This document shows, piece after piece, positions 49,326 to 63,017 of a stretch of 64,000 nt of DNA. Under the pieces are notes generated by a model, which saw only the letters and a list, made by a program, of their open reading frames with translations, was not told the DNA's origin and made no database searches. The translations under genes were made by a program, and so were the position numbers. The stretch covers positions 372,001 to 436,000 of the forward strand of contig CBFDEM010000055.1 in NCBI GenBank assembly GCA_965603825.1. The letters are read 5' to 3'. The number at the start of each line of letters is the position of its first letter. Within the stretch, counting starts at the first letter, position 1. The DNA comes from Blepharisma stoltei ATCC 30299 (Eukaryota; Protista; Ciliophora).

Positions 49326-49763
49326 TTACTTAAGATCAACTGCAGTAGAACCTTTACTAGCACCAATACCTGGCCTTCCGTGCTTAACTGGCTTATAAGT
49401 AAGCGAGAACTCAGCTAAATAGTGTCCAATCATATCAGGCTTGATTTCAACTGGGACGAATGATTTTCCATTGTAAATTCCTACTACAGACCCTACTAAC
49501 TCAGGAAGGATAATGGCATCTCTCAGATGAGTCTTCACAGGCTTTGGCTTTTCTCCAACTTGAGTGTCCTTTTTAGCAGCCACACATTTCTTGTAAAAGC
49601 GGATGTATTTGTGTGGGACTTCTCTGTTTAAAAGTCTTCTCCTTTGGCGGCAGCCAAGAAGCTTCAGGAAGTCTTCTTTTTCCATTTTCACAAGGTCGTC
49701 AAGGTCAACTCCTCTGTAAGTGTACTTACGAAATGCCCTTTTCTTTGGTTGTGATTCTGCCAT
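49326..49763 (-). CDS. RPS15: 40S ribosomal protein S15 (uS19)
   Basis: [26 protein letters not shown] and HGRPGIGA. Confidence 0.97.
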   Translation of the reverse strand: MAESQPKKRAFRKYTYRGVDLDDLVKMEKEDFLKLLGCRQRRRLLNREVPHKYIRFYKKCVAAKKDTQVGEKPKPVKTHLRDAIILPELVGSVVGIYNGKSFVPVEIKPDMIGHYLAEFSLTYKPVKHGRPGIGASKGSTAVDLK

Positions 49764-49894
49764 TTATGGAAATTATATAGTGATGAATTAGGAATTTATT
49801 TAGAGGAAATTTATTGTTTATAGTGATTTATCATTGGAAAATTTAATTTTATGCTGAAATTAAAGGGATTTTACCCTGAAGTTTTAATAATTAT

Positions 49895-50515
49895 TTATTC
49901 TTTACTATCTTGAAGCATTAAATCAAAGGGGTCAATTTCTTGGCAGTCTTCTAGGTTAACAGTTTCAGGGACTATTCTGACCATGTCTTCAATTTTCATC
50001 CTTTTTTCTATTTCAGGATCACTCTTAACACTTGACAGATTAATGGGGGCTTCTTCTTTTGTAGGCAATTTCTTTTCTTTTTTCTTAGCGTCATAGTAAT
50101 CTGTCCATTTCCTGATTTTGTCTTCATCAACTTGTAAAGCCAGTGATATTTCTGAAGGAGATCGGCCTTTAACATGCATTTTTATTGCTCTTTTTTTGGT
50201 TTCTCTACCTTCATTATCGCCTAGTCTGCTTCTTTTGGCTGGAAACTCTAGCTCAATTTCGTCATTTCCGAACTCCTGCATCAAAATTTCAAGCGTTCGT
50301 CGTGGGCATTCAAATAACATGCAAGTACGCTCTGTGCCTATTTTTTTGGCTGTTTTAATAACAAGGTTTCTTATTTTAACGAAAAATGGGTCTCTGTCAA
50401 AGTCTAAATCGCGAATTCAGTTCTTGACTGTAGCTTTTTCAATACCATGGAGATTGGCTGTAAATTGTATGCCATTCAATAGGGCATAGAGGGCTAAGGA
50501 ATTTAAGGATTGATA
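49895..50515 (-). CDS. Tandem helix-turn-helix protein; 5' end unresolved
   Basis: The frame is open upstream of 50320 through a TGA: ALYALLNGIQFTANLHGIEKATVKN[W]IRD. The last HTH is GRSPSEISLALQVDEDKIRKW. No in-frame ATG precedes the first HTH. Confidence 0.6.
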
Positions 50516-50714
50516 TTATGAATATTGGCATTTTAATGCAATTTGAATTTAATAAATTTATCACTTCTATCATATTGCTTATGAATATATAAATAGCAGA
50601 TATACTTAGGATTATAACAGTTGAGAAATTATGTATGAACGCATTGAAGTGCATTTAATTTATATAGTAATTAGTCTCGCATTAATTAGTAGGGGGCTTC
50701 AATTTAATTAAATA

Positions 50715-51164
50715 ATGAATAGCAGAATCAACAACTTTTATACCCAAAGTCTCCCATCTAGTGCTATAGCTCATTGCCCTGAAGAATATCCCAACTATTC
50801 TCATGAAAGCCAATATATGAACTTTAGAAGTAGTTTCCCAGAAAACCTCAATAAAGCACCCTCACCAACTGAAGATCTAATGAGTATCCGAAGCATCACA
50901 GTCTTTGCAAAGCGTTTTTTTGAGCTGCGTAACATAAAATTCCGGCAAGTCGTGATGAGAGAAAAAGACAAAATATCTGCAAAAGTGTATATTAATGATA
51001 TCTTAGCAGGAGAGCAATCCCATCCAAATTCATTTAACAGATGCAGAGTAATATCAATTATAAGGGCATTTGATAAAGACGATGTTGAAATCTTAAAAGA
51101 ATGAATGAAAGTGCACAAGGACGACCTTGAAAATTATCTGGTGCATAATAAGGGTGATAGTTAA
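50715..51164 (+). CDS. Small protein, possible dsRBD-like fold (149 aa)
   Basis: ORF extended past the TGA at 51102; alpha-beta-beta-beta-alpha-like pattern (ISAKVYINDILAG). Confidence 0.55.
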
Positions 51165-51644
51165 GTTTAAGAGCAAAAGTTTAAATAAAAAAATAATCAT
51201 TTTTTAGTTTAGACTCCATAATTAAAAAGATAAAATAGTTTTTCAGATAAGTAAAACGAGTATAGTGATTATTAGAATTAAATTATGATTTTTGATAATT
51301 TATATTTAATTAAGTATTACTTTGTGAATAACAAAGAATTAGCCTCATTTATATAAAATCTAGATAAATGAAGCTATTATAGCAATCAATCGAGCTAAAG
51401 GAGAGACTTCTGATAAAAATTCAATCGTGATATAGATAGCTTAAGCCCTTAAATAATTTCCGAAAATTTTAATCGTTAAAAGTTCATAAAAAGTTTTATC
51501 TAAGGACCTATATATATAATTTTTGTTTCTAAAACATAATCCATTAAAAAAACATAAATTTTGATTTAATAAAATCCCGTAAATTTCCATATCATTCTAG
51601 AGCTTAAATCATATAAGTTAACATGGAATGGTAATAATATTAAA

Positions 51645-51854
51645 ATGGGCTGTGCTACAAGTGGCAATTATAAATCCGCTGTCAAGCAGATCCCGAAATT
51701 TATCTCCATATCGAAGCCAAGACGAAAGCCAGATAAAGAGGCTTTTGACAACTACTTGGCTTATATCAAAAAATTAGATTCGGTCTTGAACGCAAGTAAC
51801 AGATCAAGGAAAATGAAAACTGAGATGAGCCTTCAGAGTGTAAAAATCAACTAA
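51645..51854 (+). CDS. 69-aa protein with N-terminal dual-acylation motif
   Basis: MGCATS with AAA-ATG context. Confidence 0.6.
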   Translation: MGCATSGNYKSAVKQIPKFISISKPRRKPDKEAFDNYLAYIKKLDSVLNASNRSRKMKTEMSLQSVKIN

Positions 51855-52089
51855 AACGAATTTTAAACTGTTTCTTCTAGGATTTATTTTTAAAACTTAA
51901 TAACTTATATTAGGCGAAAGATATAAATATAGTAACATTCTTAAAAATATAATGTTTAGCTTATAAAAATTTAGAATAAAAAGCTCATTAAAATCACCTT
52001 CCTCCGCTATTAGGAAAAGTGTTTTTTGATTGAATAAAATATTCAAATTATTTTTAAGGAATATTTAAAATATTCTATTATAATTGAAG

Positions 52090-52370
52090 ATTGAAATATC
52101 AGATATGACGGCAACATTTGAATTCCACACGTTTCTGCCCCAAGCATAATTGAAATTCTTATGAATCCTCCTTCTCCCCAAGCAGTGTCCCATGAATTCT
52201 TAAATCTATAATAATGATACTCTGCATAAAATGGTTTATGTAGAAGGATCTAAATAAGGACAGAATGAATGAAAGAATAAATTCTATAAAGACGAGTTAA
52301 ATGATCCTTACTATTGCCGAGACCCTTAGTTAAATTAATGTGATTGGCACATGAAATCAGATTTTAATTG
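52090..52370 (-). pseudogene. Papain/cathepsin cysteine protease relic
   Basis: IHSVLI*...YRFKNSWDTAWGEGGFIRI...TCGI, with an in-frame TAG at 52250-52 and no intact N-terminal part. Confidence 0.75.
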
Positions 52371-52780
52371 GAATAAGCAAAATCAATCTACCTTAAACAA
52401 TTTCTTGAAAATACACTGTTGTTAAAATAGCTTAAGGGCTCCAAAACGAAAAAACTGCAACAGAAATCAAGCCTAAAACTGTATAATGCTGCAGATAATA
52501 GATTCCTACAAATTATTTTAAGATCTTGCATTAAGTATAAAACAAAGTATATAGGATTGGATATTTTGGAATTTGGTGCTACTTAATGTAAATTTATGCA
52601 GTTTTTAGAGCTAGCTTGTTGATTATCCAATATTAGCACATAATAAATGCCTTTTTTCTATTTCAAATACTGTTTAATTCTTCAGAGAAAATGCAAACAT
52701 AGCAAGCAAATTCCAAAATATTAGCAAGCTTGCAAGAGAAGTACAAGTATAATATATATTTTTAAATTTTCATTAATTAT

Positions 52781-53887
52781 TTAGACATTTATCGCCATTC
52801 CACATCGTCCACGATGAATGTATCCTGAATTTCCTTTACCAACCTTTGTATCTGCCTGGCCTTTATGTTTTCCTTCTTTATATTTTGATTTAAGTCTCGT
52901 TTGAAATTCTTCTGTGCTTAAATTTCAATTATTCCGATCTAATAAAAAGTCTGCTGACGAGATATTTATTAATTCCATTCTCTCGCCAAAAATCATTTTT
53001 TCAACAAAATCACCCATTTCTGAATTATATTCGGCCCCTGTTTGTTTGCAACTTTTAGGAGTGAGTACTAAGTAACTGCTTTGATCTCTCCTATATCTAT
53101 GCATCAAGTGAGCTGATTCATGCAAGAGGGTTATTATTGTTGCTGCCATACCAAGACAATCTCCAATATTAAAGGAGTAAGTAGCAAATACTATATCTCC
53201 TATCGTAGTAAGCCCATAAAGCTCAGCAGGGAAGAAAGCATAATAAGAATAATTGGAGACTCGACTAAAGAGATCATCAAGTGTAACATTTTGATCTACC
53301 ATACTAAATGCATCTGAAACAACACTGCTTGATGTAAGACTTCTATAAAAATCCAAGCATTCCGAGTTAACCGATTGTCCAATTCTTACTGGGGGCAATT
53401 TCTCTATATTTAGAAAAATGACTTCCATGCTCAACTTGCATGCACCAGGAACGCGGATATAGAAATAAATTGCTAATGTTCTTATTAATGATCTAATTTC
53501 TTCCTTTAATTCTAAATTGGTCATCATCTCATAGAAAATTTGGCTGGAGAATAACTTGAGATTTGATTGAAATTTTGGATAATTAGATGTATTAGTAAGA
53601 TCATCTGTCCTTACGTTTTCAAGTAAAATTCATTGAGTATTCAAAGCTAAATATAAGAGTAGCTGAAAAGGGTTGCTGCAAGATAAGATATCATCTTGTA
53701 AGAGGACTGATTGATCCATTTCTGAAAGGCTTGGAATTCTATTTCTGAGATCTTCGATATCTTCAGAGCAGCGGACATAGTTGAAATCTTTTTCGCTTTG
53801 TTGTTTTTTGGTTTCTGAGAGAAAGTTAGCAACTATTTCATGATACCGGCATAGAGCTGGAAATCCTTGATATTGCTCTGATTCCAT
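52781..53887 (-). CDS. HExxH zincin-like putative metallopeptidase (368 aa)
   Basis: LLHESAH with a downstream EMGDFVE; joined through two TGAs. Confidence 0.75.
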
Positions 53888-54196
53888 TTTTAGTTTATAA
53901 TGGAGCGTTCATTAATTCAAAATTAAAAACAGTTAAAGAAAAATAGTTAAGTCCATGAAAGAAGGATTTTGGCACCCTTAAATTCATATTATTAAAGGCT
54001 TCGGGAAATTGATAAAATGAGATTTTAACACAGTAAAACTGACTATATTTGACTTTATCAAAATTAGGGTCATAAATGGTATGATTACAATTTTATTTAA
54101 AAAAAAATAGTTTCTTCATAGATAGGAGTAAATATACAACTAAGATTAATTGTCTAATTTTTATTTTCTAATTATAAACCATTACTTAATAATTTT

Positions 54197-55201
54197 TTAT
54201 AGGTAATTAATTTGCTCTATTTTAACATACTTATACATCAGTAATGCCAATTTTCTTCTTGATCATGGGCAGTACTTACCTCCTTTACATTTCGTTGATC
54301 TGCATTTAATACATGCACTTTTCTTTTCAATAACCCTTCAGTTTCCAAACTCTACATCATATACATATCCACTTTTTTTCCCAATAAAATGCATATCTCC
54401 TTTGGTATAAACCCCAGAATCTTCAAAGCTATCCGCATAAGGGAAATTTTGCAATTCTTCAAATCTTTGATCTTTTACATCAAATCTCCAAAATCTACTG
54501 CTATCCCCCAATTTCGACAGCACAAACCTGTACCCTCCCACAATATAAATCGAGTTATTAAAGCTACAAAGCCCAATTTCTCGAATTTTCAATGGAAGCG
54601 TGACAGGCAGGAGCATCCATCGCTTTCCATCATATTCTTCTATCCCATCATTTAAATCATCCCCAGCAAACACATAGATTTTATCATTACATGTGGTCGC
54701 TGAATGATGCTCTCTTGGCAGACACATAGGCTCGACCTCGATTCAATTATCCCCATCAAACATCTCCACACTTTTCAGTATCCCGCTAAGACATCCTCCA
54801 ATTGCGTATATTTTATTTTTTAAATTTGCTAATGCATGGAAAAATCGGCCTTGATTGAGATCGTCGAGCTTTATTAAGCGCTGGTGAATTAAATCCACTT
54901 TATATGTATTCACAAATGGAAAACCTCCAGAGCCTACAATTAGAACCATGTTATTTTCGGTCTGAATAGCTTTCCCTGGGATTTTGGGGAGATAATCGAT
55001 TGTGCAGAATGTTTCTTTGTCAGGATAATAAATCATTCCAGAAGACCCATCTATCATTATTGAAGATGTTGGAGCATTCGGGAGATCATCAAGATAAGAT
55101 GATAAAGAATAAGCAGTGGAGAGCATATTTATGCTTTGCTTAGTATCTTGAGAACGCTTTTTGGGAGCTGCTGGCTCGCAGCAACAAAGTAAAGATCCCA
55201 T
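54197..55201 (-). CDS. N-acylated Kelch-repeat protein (334 aa)
   Basis: MGSLLCCC; Kelch motifs IYAIGG, IYVFAG and IYIVGG. Kelch Trps are encoded by TGA (54743, 54338). Confidence 0.87.
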
Positions 55202-56122
55202 TTAAATTAAATTAACAATGGCAGCTTAATTTTTATTTTAATTAATCTCCAGCGCGAGAAATCAAGGATTAATAAAAGGCTATTTTTTTCTCCTATTTGC
55301 TGGTTTCCAGTAATTGAGTCGGTGACATATTAGTTGTTTATTTTATTTAATTTTAGATCATGATCAGTTTAATTATTTCAACAGCCTTTTTATTATTAAG
55401 AATTCTGCGATTTGGCTAATCATATCAGTTATGGCAGTCTATAATCTTATTAGGGAATTTTCTAAACTGTCATATAGCTATAGAAGGGCAATTTTTTAGT
55501 TTAATCGATTTCTATAATAAATTAATATAGCTAATTCCAACCCAACAAATTGTAATTAGATACCTAAAAGATTTTTATCTTTCTGCTGGAATAAAAGCAT
55601 AAAGAGATTTTCCTATCACTTTGGTTAAATAGGCCAAAAAGTATAATTAATTACACACTTTTTTTGATTAATTCTAAAGACTCATTCTAGGCAATTATTT
55701 AAAATAAAGCAAATTACTTAATATTTAGCTTATTTCAGATACCCTTAACCGGATCCACTATAGTCCCGCTTGATCCTTGAGATTTTGCTGTTTTAAGAAA
55801 AGCAATCTTTCATTTTGATTTATTTTTTGATTCTGCACAAACTAACTTTTTTTATTCTAAACTTATTGCCAAAGGAAATATAAAATTCGTTCTTTATAAA
55901 GAAAAAATTTGCTTTATAAAATAAATCTAACCTTTTTAAATTTGCCATTTTCCCATTTGAGCCGCTCTCAACAATTTACAAAATATTTAGCAATATTTCT
56001 TCTGATTTAAAAATCAATTAAATAAGTTCAAATAATAGGGCAAGCCCATGACAATTTATGATTTATGTTTTTATAAAATTTTCAGATTAATGCAAACGTA
56101 TTCATACTAATATAATCTTAAG

Positions 56123-56446
56123 CTAATATTTATTATTTCTATTGAACTTTCGCGAAACATTTTGAGATTCATGATCTAATGATGTTATTAGCTTGTCTGT
56201 GCTTATAAGCAGTTTATTATAAGCATTTTCACTCTCCCTAATTGTTTCGTTAAATCTTTGCAAGTGGGCTTCTTTTTCGTCTAATTGAGATTTCGATCTT
56301 TGATATTCAGTTTGCAGGCGATAAAGCTCATTTTCTAAGTCTGCAAGTTTGGCTCTTTCTTGGAGGATTTGAGAGTTGCAATAATCTCTGTCTCTTTTCA
56401 TAGAATCTAGCTTATCCTTGAGCAGTTTGAGTGGGTTACGACTCAT
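56123..56446 (-). CDS. SSNA1: SSNA1/NA14/DIP13-like coiled-coil protein
   Basis: 107-aa coiled coil with FNETIRESENAYNKLLIST. Confidence 0.7.
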   Translation of the reverse strand: MSRNPLKLLKDKLDSMKRDRDYCNSQILQERAKLADLENELYRLQTEYQRSKSQLDEKEAHLQRFNETIRESENAYNKLLISTDKLITSLDHESQNVSRKFNRNNKY

Positions 56447-56806
56447 TATTAAATAACCATTTATGATGAATTAGAAAATTCATTTTAATTCAGAAGCATT
56501 ATGTGATAAAAATAACAGTTTTGAGTAAAAATCTATGCAAGCCATTGAAATATATAAGAATTTGCTTTTAATAATTGCTATTTATTCTTAATTTTAATTC
56601 TTTGGATTTGAGATCTTAGCTTAACTTAAAATGCAAGTAGATGCTCCTTATTTAACGCAATTGAATTTTAGATCAAATGGTTTGATTAAAAATAAATTTG
56701 CAAATTTTTTATAATTTATTATTATCATAATAAAATTCCTTCATTTCAGATTGAAATATTCATATTAAAATGAAAAATTAACGATAATAATGCGAATAAT
56801 TACACT

Positions 56807-57367
56807 TTATGATTTTTCCCACTTCTCTTTCAATTTATCATACTTATTAGCCATTTCTTCTCTTTTCGCATCAGTTCTTGGTGTTTCATACTTAATATCT
56901 CTTTTTTCCAACAAATGTGCATTTTGTTTATAAAATTGAGCATTTCTTAAGCTGCCTCTATACCAGCAGCCAATGATAAAACAAATAAATACAATAATGC
57001 AGCCAGCCAGCATTGAATATCTAATAGCATTCGCATATTCTTCTCCTAGTATCGATTCATAATCCGAATAAAAAATAATTCCAATTGTAAACCCAATTTC
57101 GACACATAAGCAGGATAATAGTAAAAATAAATAAATTGTTATCCAAGGCATTGATTTTCTTGTTGTTCCTGATAAGATTACGAGTAGTGTTAAAATTCCT
57201 CCAAGAATGATATAGGCTCCATTATACCAGTTAAAAGAATCAGCTTTTTGCCAAACAGCGACACCTCCAGCAATGTTTCCAAGCCCAACACATAATAAAG
57301 AGATAGCTGAAGTCAAAAATAAGCAATAAATACAGTTGTTTCCAGTGGCTTGAGACTCAGGATCCAT
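56807..57367 (-). CDS. Four-TM tetraspanin-like membrane protein
   Basis: Four hydrophobic segments, a very short EC2 and a basic tail. Confidence 0.75.
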   Translation of the reverse strand: MDPESQATGNNCIYCLFLTSAISLLCVGLGNIAGGVAVWQKADSFNWYNGAYIILGGILTLLVILSGTTRKSMPWITIYLFLLLSCLCVEIGFTIGIIFYSDYESILGEEYANAIRYSMLAGCIIVFICFIIGCWYRGSLRNAQFYKQNAHLLEKRDIKYETPRTDAKREEMANKYDKLKEKWEKS

Positions 57368-57441
57368 TTTAAAACTTCAAGTCTATTTAATAAGAGTTAT
57401 TTAACTGGAAGTTAGATATTAGTTTATGGTAATGTAATTGT

Positions 57442-57660
57442 TTAGAATAGTAAGCATTTACAGCTTGTCTCAGCTTGTGAATAACTTTTATATGAAGGGT
57501 TTGCTTTTTGAGAAATTGATCTGGCTATTACTGCAGATTCATAGGTGTATTCAAGGAGAGAAGGAGTTTTTTGAGTCGTTTCGCATGATTCTATACCGTT
57601 ATAGGATACAATGCTAATATTCTCGCTCTGCAGGCTTGTCAACGTTCTTTTTGAGTTCAT
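57442..57660 (-). CDS. 72-aa protein with CaaX (CKCLLF)
   Basis: Intact ORF ending in a prenylation-like motif. Confidence 0.6.
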   Translation of the reverse strand: MNSKRTLTSLQSENISIVSYNGIESCETTQKTPSLLEYTYESAVIARSISQKANPSYKSYSQAETSCKCLLF

Positions 57661-57675
57661 AATGGGTGATTAGGA

Positions 57676-57900
57676 TTAATTATGCAAAATTTTGATGTCA
57701 TATTTAATTAAAAGTAGAATTCTTTTCCTTTTTAAGTAAAAACAATTAGAAAAAGCGCCTTTGAACTTCAATCAAAGGGTTGAAGCACGGACTGGCTTTT
57801 CGAACTTCATATAAATTTTGTCAGTAATGTTTGAGCCAGGAGTTGAGGAAGCTTGGTCTGCTGTAATTAAAATGCTCTTTACACTGTGCTTTCCTCCCAT
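57676..57900 (-). pseudogene. Truncated myristoylated arrestin-N-like ORF (74 codons)
   Basis: MGGKHS...PGSNITDKIYMKFEKPVRASTL[W]LKFKG, after which it runs into AT-rich sequence. Confidence 0.4.
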
Positions 57901-58219
57901 TTTATTAATACAAACCCTTTATCTCTTGCGTTATAAAATGATACGAATTTGTCAAATACTCTAAATATTTTAAAACTTAAATTGCACATAGATGCGATAT
58001 TGCTCCTGAAATGATTACCTCATTATAAGCAAATCTCATTAAGAAATTTTAAATATTTCATATAAGCACTGGCTTGATAATTATAAATGTGGACAAAATA
58101 GGGCAGAATTATCATAAGCGAAATCTTTTGTATTTTTCATAAAATTTTATTATTCTTTAAGACTAAAGACCTAGCTAAAATCATTTATTCACCAGATTAA
58201 AAGATATCTAAGAAATAAA

Positions 58220-60262
58220 ATGAGATTAACTCTCATTTTTACCCTTTCCTTAGCCTTTGCCCAGTCTTCCTTAAAAGAATGCCAAGCAGAGTGGGCAAAG
58301 ATTTTTGAGGGAGCTGAGGACATTCTAAGCCAAAATCCCTCTGATTATACCAAGATGTTCTTGTACTCTGGGTTTATGATCAATAACCTTGGTCAATACG
58401 ATCCATGTACAGACATCTCAAATGCCAAGTTTACCATTATCCAGTTTGGAATTTACCCAGTTCTTGTAGTTGCTTTATGTGGCCCGAAAGTGTGTACAGA
58501 GGAAGATTACTATCACCTTTTGACTAACATTACTTCACCAGTCCCTTTGTCAGGCATGATCAGAAAAAATAATCCGAAATTGGCACCTTATCTTAAAGAT
58601 TTAGAAGAAATAAAAGCCCAGAGCTTTGCTCCTCCAGTCGTTTTTCCTAAAGAGTATTATGATGACAACTTTAAAGACTATAAAGCAGGCCCAATTTTGA
58701 TGATAATTTTCATCTCAATAATATCAGCCATTTGCTTAATTGCTACTATTACAGACTATCTTATTTCTTCATCACCGCCGAGTTCGAGCTTATCAAAAGA
58801 AGACCCCAAGCCTCGAGAAAGTTCCCTATTTATTAAATATCTCCTCTGTTTCTCCATCATTACTAATTTAAAAAAGCTATTTATAAGCAGAAGCCAAGAA
58901 AGACTAGGCAAAAAAGATTCTCTTGACATACTAAACAGCTGCCGTGTGCTCTCTATAGGTTGGGTTGTCCTTGGCCACGTCCTTTTTATGCTGTGGTCAG
59001 AAGCAATAGTTTCGAACCCGGATCGGATTTTGACTCAAATTTCTGGCTCAGATATGATTCTTCCTATCAGCGGAGAAGTTTCTGTTGACACCTTTTTCTG
59101 ACTTTCTGGGTTTTTGGTGGGGTATCTGCTAATAATAGAGATCAATTCTGCTAAGAAAATGAACTGGATAATGGTTTACGCTCACAGATACTTAAGACTT
59201 ACACCTTTGCTATTATTTGTAATCTTGTTCTTCTGGGCTCTTCAAAAGCACATAGGAAATGGCCCAATGTGGTATACAGGAGACATTATTAATTTTCAAT
59301 GCAAAGATTATTGGTGGACCGATATTTTATATATAAACAATATCGTCCCTAATTATCACGGAAGTGTCTGTTTAGGCCAAACTTGGTATTTAGCTAACGA
59401 CATGCAATTTTTCATATTCACCCCAATTCTTCTTTATATTTACAATAGATTCCACAAGTCAATTCTTTGGGTTTTAGTATTGTTTTTAAATCTATTATCC
59501 ATTTTGACTTCAGGACTCATAGCAAACCACTATTCACTCAATGCGATGCCATCAGCGCTTCCTAATGGGACAAACTACTTCAGATACTATTATACAAAGC
59601 CATATAATAGATGTGGTCCATATGCTTTAGGAGTCTTATCTGGGCTTATTGTTTACTCATATAGGAAATTCCAAGATAAAAATATCGTTTATGACTCTTA
59701 TGCAATCTGGGTCGGAAAAATGCTGGAAAATCGCTATGTGAGATATACAATTGCATTTTTAGGGATGGCGCTAATAAACGTCAATTTATTTGTCCCTTAT
59801 GATACTTATAAGCACCCAGGAGATACGATGAATTATCCACATTGGACTCATGATGAAAATGTAGCTTATATAGCTTTCAATAAAGTCACTTTTGGGCTAG
59901 GGCTTACCTTTGTGTTACTCCCAGCGTTATTAGGGCATTTTCCCTGGATGACCTGAATACTTTCGTGGGAGATCTGGACTCCATTGGCAAGAATGACTTA
60001 CTGCGTTTATTTAATTCATTATAATATACTCGATATTGCGTACAGAAGCCAAAAAGTTGCGACTATCCTGGATGAATTTACTTTAATAAGAGATTCAATA
60101 TTTTTCTTTGTTTTAGCTCACATTTTGGCACTACCTTTTATTCTCTTAATAGAGATGCCAGGATTAGCAATAGAAAAATTGGCTTTTTCAAAAGTTAGGG
60201 CAAAAGCTGCTATTAAAGAGCAAGAGAAGTCTATCATTCTCCAGCCTCTAACTAAAGAATAA
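58220..60262 (+). CDS. NRF-6/OacA-type membrane O-acyltransferase, copy 1
   Basis: Signal peptide, NRF domain (LGQYDPC...ALCGP), VDTFF[W]LSG, HRYLRLTP and WYLANDMQ. Confidence 0.9.
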
Positions 60263-60880
60263 TCATTATTCTTAATTTTTGTCTTGATGATTAAAAGGAA
60301 ATAAGGATTTAAATATAAATAATGGCTATATAGTGGAAATAGTAAAATTATTTAATAAATCATCATTATAGCCGGATCCTTTAAGGTAATGACAAATAAT
60401 TTATAGAGATTTTTTGGTTATAATCTTCATATAAAGCAGATTATTTTTATAAACTTAACAGATTCATAAACTTATTTAAACAAATAAGAAATTAAATAAG
60501 CGATTTCTACTCTTTTGCTGATGAAATTTTAAAATAATATATGAAGTCGTATTTTTCATATTTATTCACCAAATATGGTACAATTTAGATAATGTTATTT
60601 TTGGTTTGCAGAGGCAAGCTATTTACAAAGCTATTTCTTTTCTTAATGTCTATTATCTTTATATTGATTATTTTTACATTAACAATATCAATTCTTTATT
60701 TAAACTAAAGGTGCTTTTAAGATTCAGACCTATAGCTTGCAATATGGACGTCAATAATTCAATTTGCTTAAAAGTTAGCGATATGAAACATATATCTAAG
60801 TTTTTTAAAAGATATTTTATAACTAAATTGCCATTTAAATTTATTCACCAGTGGAAATAAATGGCTTGTTTATAATCATT

Positions 60881-62896
60881 ATGAAGTCATTTCTTATTCT
60901 TTTTATAATAGTTGAAGTGGTTATATCAACCCTCCAAGAGTGCGAATCTGAATGACTCAAAATAATGGACGCTGGCAAAGGTATCCTCGATCCAAATCCT
61001 TCAGATTACACCAAAATGTTCTTATATTCTGGCTTCACAATGAATAACCTCGGGCAATATGATTCTTGCACCGACATTTCTATAGCAAAATACACCCTTA
61101 TAATGCTTTCTCCATCTCCAAATATACTATTTGCCTTATGTGGGCCTAAAATTTGTTCTGCCGAAGACTATCAACAAATGCTTTTTTCTCCACGAAATTC
61201 AAGCGTCATTTCAGAAATCATTGGAAAACAAGTTTTTAGCTTAAAATTATCCAAAAATTCAGCCCAGCCTATAGGTATTCCTGTTATTTTTCCAAAGGAA
61301 TATGTTGATGATCATTTTAAAGATTATCAAGCTGGGACAATTCTTATGATAATTTTTATAGTGATTTTATCAGTTTTTGTACTATTTGCTACTTTTTTGG
61401 ATTACAGACAAGCTTATAATACAGGATTAGAGAAAAATAACAGCAAGAATCCATTATGAATGGATTATCTTCTTTGTTTTTCTATAATCACTAATATTAA
61501 AAAACTATTTATTAGTAGAAGCCAAGAGAGATTAGGGAAAAAAGACTCTATGGAGTTGCTAAACGGTGTGAGAGTCCTTTCTATTGGCTGGGTCATTCTA
61601 GGCCACACATTTCAAGCACTTATGGGAGTCGCTGTAGTTTCTAACTTCGACCACTTTGACGATGAAACAAAAAAATCTTATGTAACTGTCCCAGGAGCTG
61701 GTGAGTTTTCTGTTGATACATTTTTTTGACTTGCTGGGTTCTTAGGCAGCTATTTGATACTTGTAGAACTAAATTCTTCAAAAAGATTTAACTGGGTTAT
61801 GGTCTATGTCCATCGTTATTTGCGGCTTACTCCTCTTGTGCTGTTTATTATGCTATTTTTCTGGGCATTCCAAAAATATATAGGCAGCGGCCCGATGTGG
61901 TTTACTGGTGACGACCTAAACAGTCCATGCAAAAATTGATGGTATACCCCTTTACTTTATGTAAATAATTTCGTCCCTCATTATAAAGGAAGTGGCTGCT
62001 TAGGAGTTACCTGGTACTTAGCTAATGACATGCAGTTTTTTATTATAACTCCTCCTATTCTATATTTATACCACAAGTACCACAAATCAATAGGCTGGAT
62101 TGCGATTGGGCTGCTTACTCTTCTATCAATTTTAAGCTCAGGGCTTATTGCCCATCATTTTTCTTTCAATGCAGTCCCTTCTGCCCAAGCAAATGGTGTT
62201 AATTATTATTACTATTATTATATAAAACCTTACACTAGATGTGGCCCATATATTATAGGTATTCTAACAGGCTTAATTGTGTACTCATATAGAAGATATC
62301 AAGACAAAAAAGAAGTTTATGACCCATTTGCGGTCTGGATTGGGAAAAAATTAGAAAATCAAAAAATTCGCTTTGCAGTTGGCTTCTTTGGCTTGGTCCT
62401 GATAAATTTGATGGTTTTTGTTCCTTATGATTCTATAAGACACCCAGGGAAGAATTTTGAATTTCCTCATTGGACTCAAGACGAAAACATTACTTTTATA
62501 GCTTTTAATAAGGCTGTCTTTGAATTTGGGCTCACACTTGTGCTGCTACCAGCTTTATTAGGCCATTTCCCTTGGATTTCTTGGATTCTTTCTTGGGATG
62601 TGTGGACTCCTTTGGCGAGAATGACCTTTGCTGTGTATTTAATACACCTTACTATTATGTTTATTTGTTATGAAAGCCAAAGAGTTGCGTATATTTTTGA
62701 TGAATTTAATATGATAAGAGACGCAATTTTTTTCTTTGTGATTTCGTATGTGCTGGCTTTACCTTTTGTGGTAATGGTAGAAATGCCAGCTTTGGGGATT
62801 GAAAAATTGCTGTTTTCTTCGGTTAGAAAAAAGCAAATTGAGGCTAAGAGTCTTCAAGAAGAAGCTCTTATGCCTCTCAAGAAGTCGGTTGAATAA
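60881..62896 (+). CDS. NRF-6-type acyltransferase, copy 2
   Basis: ATG at 60881; fragments joined by TGA at positions where copy 1 has TGG. Confidence 0.9.
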
Positions 62897-63017
62897 CTTA
62901 ATTGATTAGAAAATAAATATAATCATGAAATTAACCACTAAATACCTTATAATATAATAAAACTAGTAAAATAAAATCAATCTTCTTTATATCAATATGA
63001 TTATAATATTAATATAA

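Noticed and set aside
54270-54325. TACTTACCT...GATC...TGCACT resembling the U1 snRNA 5' end
   Set aside because: It is the antisense of the Kelch gene's coding tail; spacing and stems do not fit U1.
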